A DNA stretch of 64,000 bases from an uncultured bacterium. GTDB taxonomy: Bacteria; Fidelibacterota; Marinisomatia; Marinisomatales; UBA1611. Both the position numbers and the translations under genes were made by a program. Below, in pieces: positions 61,956 to 64,000 of this stretch (positions within the stretch are counted from its first letter, which is position 1; each line of letters opens with the position of its first letter). The stretch covers positions 320,001 through 384,000 of the forward strand of contig CALSPG010000007.1 of NCBI GenBank assembly GCA_943788175.1. Reading direction: 5' to 3'. A model generated the notes under the pieces. It was not told where the DNA came from. It did no database searches and saw only the letters and a list, made by a program, of their open reading frames with translations.

Positions 61956-63857
61956 CTACTTCAAGAATAACATTTTACCTTGCAGTCTTCTTCCATCCGA
62001 TTCGATATCATACAAATACATTCCAGTTGGAACAATTTTACCATTTGTATTTCTACCATTCCAACTAACATCATATGCACCAGCATTAACTGGCTTATTC
62101 ATGATTGTTGCAACTTTTTCACCAGTAAGCGCATATACAGTTACTTTAACATTACTGTTACGATCATTGGTAAAACGTATCTTTGTTGTTGGGTTAAATG
62201 GGTTTGGATAATTTCCTTTTAATTCGAAACGATCAACTGTAATACTGTTGTCATCAATGGCAGATAGTGCACCCATGTATGTCCAGTGAGAGTTTACTCG
62301 TTGAGTCCACTTAGCTGGAAAACAATTTGCATAGCTTTGTGCTTTTACTCTACCACCTTTATTGTTCCATAGTACACCATACTCCATAGCTTCCGCTAGA
62401 TCAAAGTCAATCATTGAAAGATCATGTCCGGAATCATCAACAATTATGGGAGTATCATCATAATAAAGTAAAGGTGTGCCTGCTGCAGTAAGAGCGGCCT
62501 GTACATTTGTTACGGCACCTTGTATAAAAGGTAGTAAAGCACCACCAATCTGTTCAAAGCTCAATCCCGCAGTAGCCCAAGCTGTTACTTGAGCAATAGC
62601 AGCATCACGAAAAGATGTACCCTGGGCATCGACAGGAGCTGCCTTAAGAGTAGCTACAGAGGCATCATCAAATTCCCAATAATAAGTAGTCCACTCTATT
62701 ACAGAGTCCACAACTGCAGCCATTGTTGGAGCATTAGGGAAAGCATCCATTGCTGCTTCCTCAACACCATCTGCAATACCATTCATCGTAATAAGAGTGT
62801 TCCAAGTAGCGTAATAACCTGTAAACATTAATGCTTCATCACCACTAAACATTTCGCCATCGCCGCCACCAAGTAAATCACCAACTGGATCAAAAACGTA
62901 GAAAATATTTGTATCAAGAGCGCCAAAACCTGGTGTTCCATCAGGAGTTTCTACACCTTCACCACCAACCATGTATGGATTTACATCTGGGACATTAATT
63001 GTTATACCCATTGTAGACGCTAAATTTGCTATCGCTGGAATAGTAACAGAGTCAACAGGGACCGAACTTCTACCCAGCATTCCATTTAAAAGACCCAAGT
63101 CTGCTTCAGCTTGTACAAAGAATGGATCGCCATCACTTACAATACCCAAATTAGCAGATTCACTGTCATGAGCTTCCCAGCCAATATTTAGTCCATCTAT
63201 TGCAGAATAAGTATCATCTGTATAATTTGCTTGAATGTATCCCCAGCTTTCCATTTGAGTTCCAGCGCCATAGTCAGTTCCTAATACATGGTTAACCATG
63301 TCAGGAGCTTCGAAAGTAGCAAAAACGCCAGAGGTAATAATTCCCCAACCCCATCTAACCTTGTTTCCAGGTAAGAGTGCAGGATCATAACCACCGTTGG
63401 TCCATGTCCCAGCATCTTGGATTGGTAAAAACACTTGATCTGTAACACAATCAACAGTGTTGGTAGTAGGATAAACACTTCCTTGGTTAATTGTATAAGC
63501 GCCATCTGAAAAATCAGTGTTTAGCCCTAATCCGAATGCACTTAGTGCAGCAGCAGATCCTAAAGGCACTTCCGTGACTACCATAGTGTCACCAACACTC
63601 CAATATGGTAGAGCAAAGTCAAACAGACTTGTTTCGCCAGCAACCGGCCAGCCAATCAAAACTTCATATGTACCTGCTGAATCATCATATGTAGTAGTGT
63701 AATCAGCGCCATCGTTACCAGTTTGAACCATGTCTCTGGATACAATAGTATACTCTACGACAAGACTATCAAGTTCAAAATTACCATCGATAGACTGTGC
63801 TGATAGGTAAGAAAAATTTATAATAATTGATAAAAAAACGAATAACAGTTTTTTCAT
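61956..63857 (-). CDS. Highly acidic secreted protein with T9SS/FlgD-Ig CTD
   Basis: SD AAGGAGGAG; signal peptide ending LSA-Q; FELKGNYPNPFNPTT...WNGRNTNGKIVPTGMYLY...KMLFLK. Confidence 0.88.
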   Translation of the reverse strand: MKKLLFVFLSIIINFSYLSAQSIDGNFELDSLVVEYTIVSRDMVQTGNDGADYTTTYDDSAGTYEVLIGWPVAGETSLFDFALPYWSVGDTMVVTEVPLGSAAALSAFGLGLNTDFSDGAYTINQGSVYPTTNTVDCVTDQVFLPIQDAGTWTNGGYDPALLPGNKVRWGWGIITSGVFATFEAPDMVNHVLGTDYGAGTQMESWGYIQANYTDDTYSAIDGLNIGWEAHDSESANLGIVSDGDPFFVQAEADLGLLNGMLGRSSVPVDSVTIPAIANLASTMGITINVPDVNPYMVGGEGVETPDGTPGFGALDTNIFYVFDPVGDLLGGGDGEMFSGDEALMFTGYYATWNTLITMNGIADGVEEAAMDAFPNAPTMAAVVDSVIEWTTYYWEFDDASVATLKAAPVDAQGTSFRDAAIAQVTAWATAGLSFEQIGGALLPFIQGAVTNVQAALTAAGTPLLYYDDTPIIVDDSGHDLSMIDFDLAEAMEYGVLWNNKGGRVKAQSYANCFPAKWTQRVNSHWTYMGALSAIDDNSITVDRFELKGNYPNPFNPTTKIRFTNDRNSNVKVTVYALTGEKVATIMNKPVNAGAYDVSWNGRNTNGKIVPTGMYLYDIESDGRRLQGKMLFLK

Positions 63858-64000
63858 TTACTCCTCCTTGTGTTTGTTCCAACTAAATTCCGTAACAGTT
63901 ACGGCAATGAATTAACATTATCCCCAAAACTAAATAAATAAGCAGTATTTATCAAAGGGCTTTATTTTTTTTGATTTGACCTTGCCCATAGCATCCATAA

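Noticed and set aside
63930-64000. Possible 3' end of an upstream minus-strand gene (...MDAMGKVKSKKIKPFDKYCLFI*)
   Set aside because: Too short and cut by the window edge to support a call

Overview
AT-rich, gene-dense bacterial chromosome segment. Gene content (SprA, three PorV/PorQ-like barrels, CTD-bearing cargo, ThyX, QueG, split methylmalonyl-CoA mutase) points to an FCB-superphylum marine bacterium, probably Marinimicrobia/SAR406; this is inference, no search was run. The main feature is a ~31 kb co-oriented + strand run (7991-39262) encoding a type IX secretion (T9SS)-like apparatus and a putative extracellular-DNA capture/degradation module: lamin-tail/OB-fold cargo, a ComEA-type HhH-beta-barrel fusion, a second barrel, a degenerate 5'-nucleotidase-EEP fusion, an EEP lipoprotein and a NUDIX hydrolase. 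Also present: an LptA-like/LptD fusion, tRNA-Thr(CGT), tRNA-Phe(GAA), rne-rplU-rpmA, mdh, a fused E1/FabD-like/glutaryl-CoA dehydrogenase cluster with no E2/E3, a TonB-dependent receptor with acidic Ca-binding-like repeats, and an unannotated structured intergenic element with a perfect Shine-Dalgarno and a 15-codon ORF (5668-5813). Five genes carry single-base frameshifts, mostly in short homopolymers, most likely assembly errors. No CRISPR array, rRNA gene or mobile element was seen.
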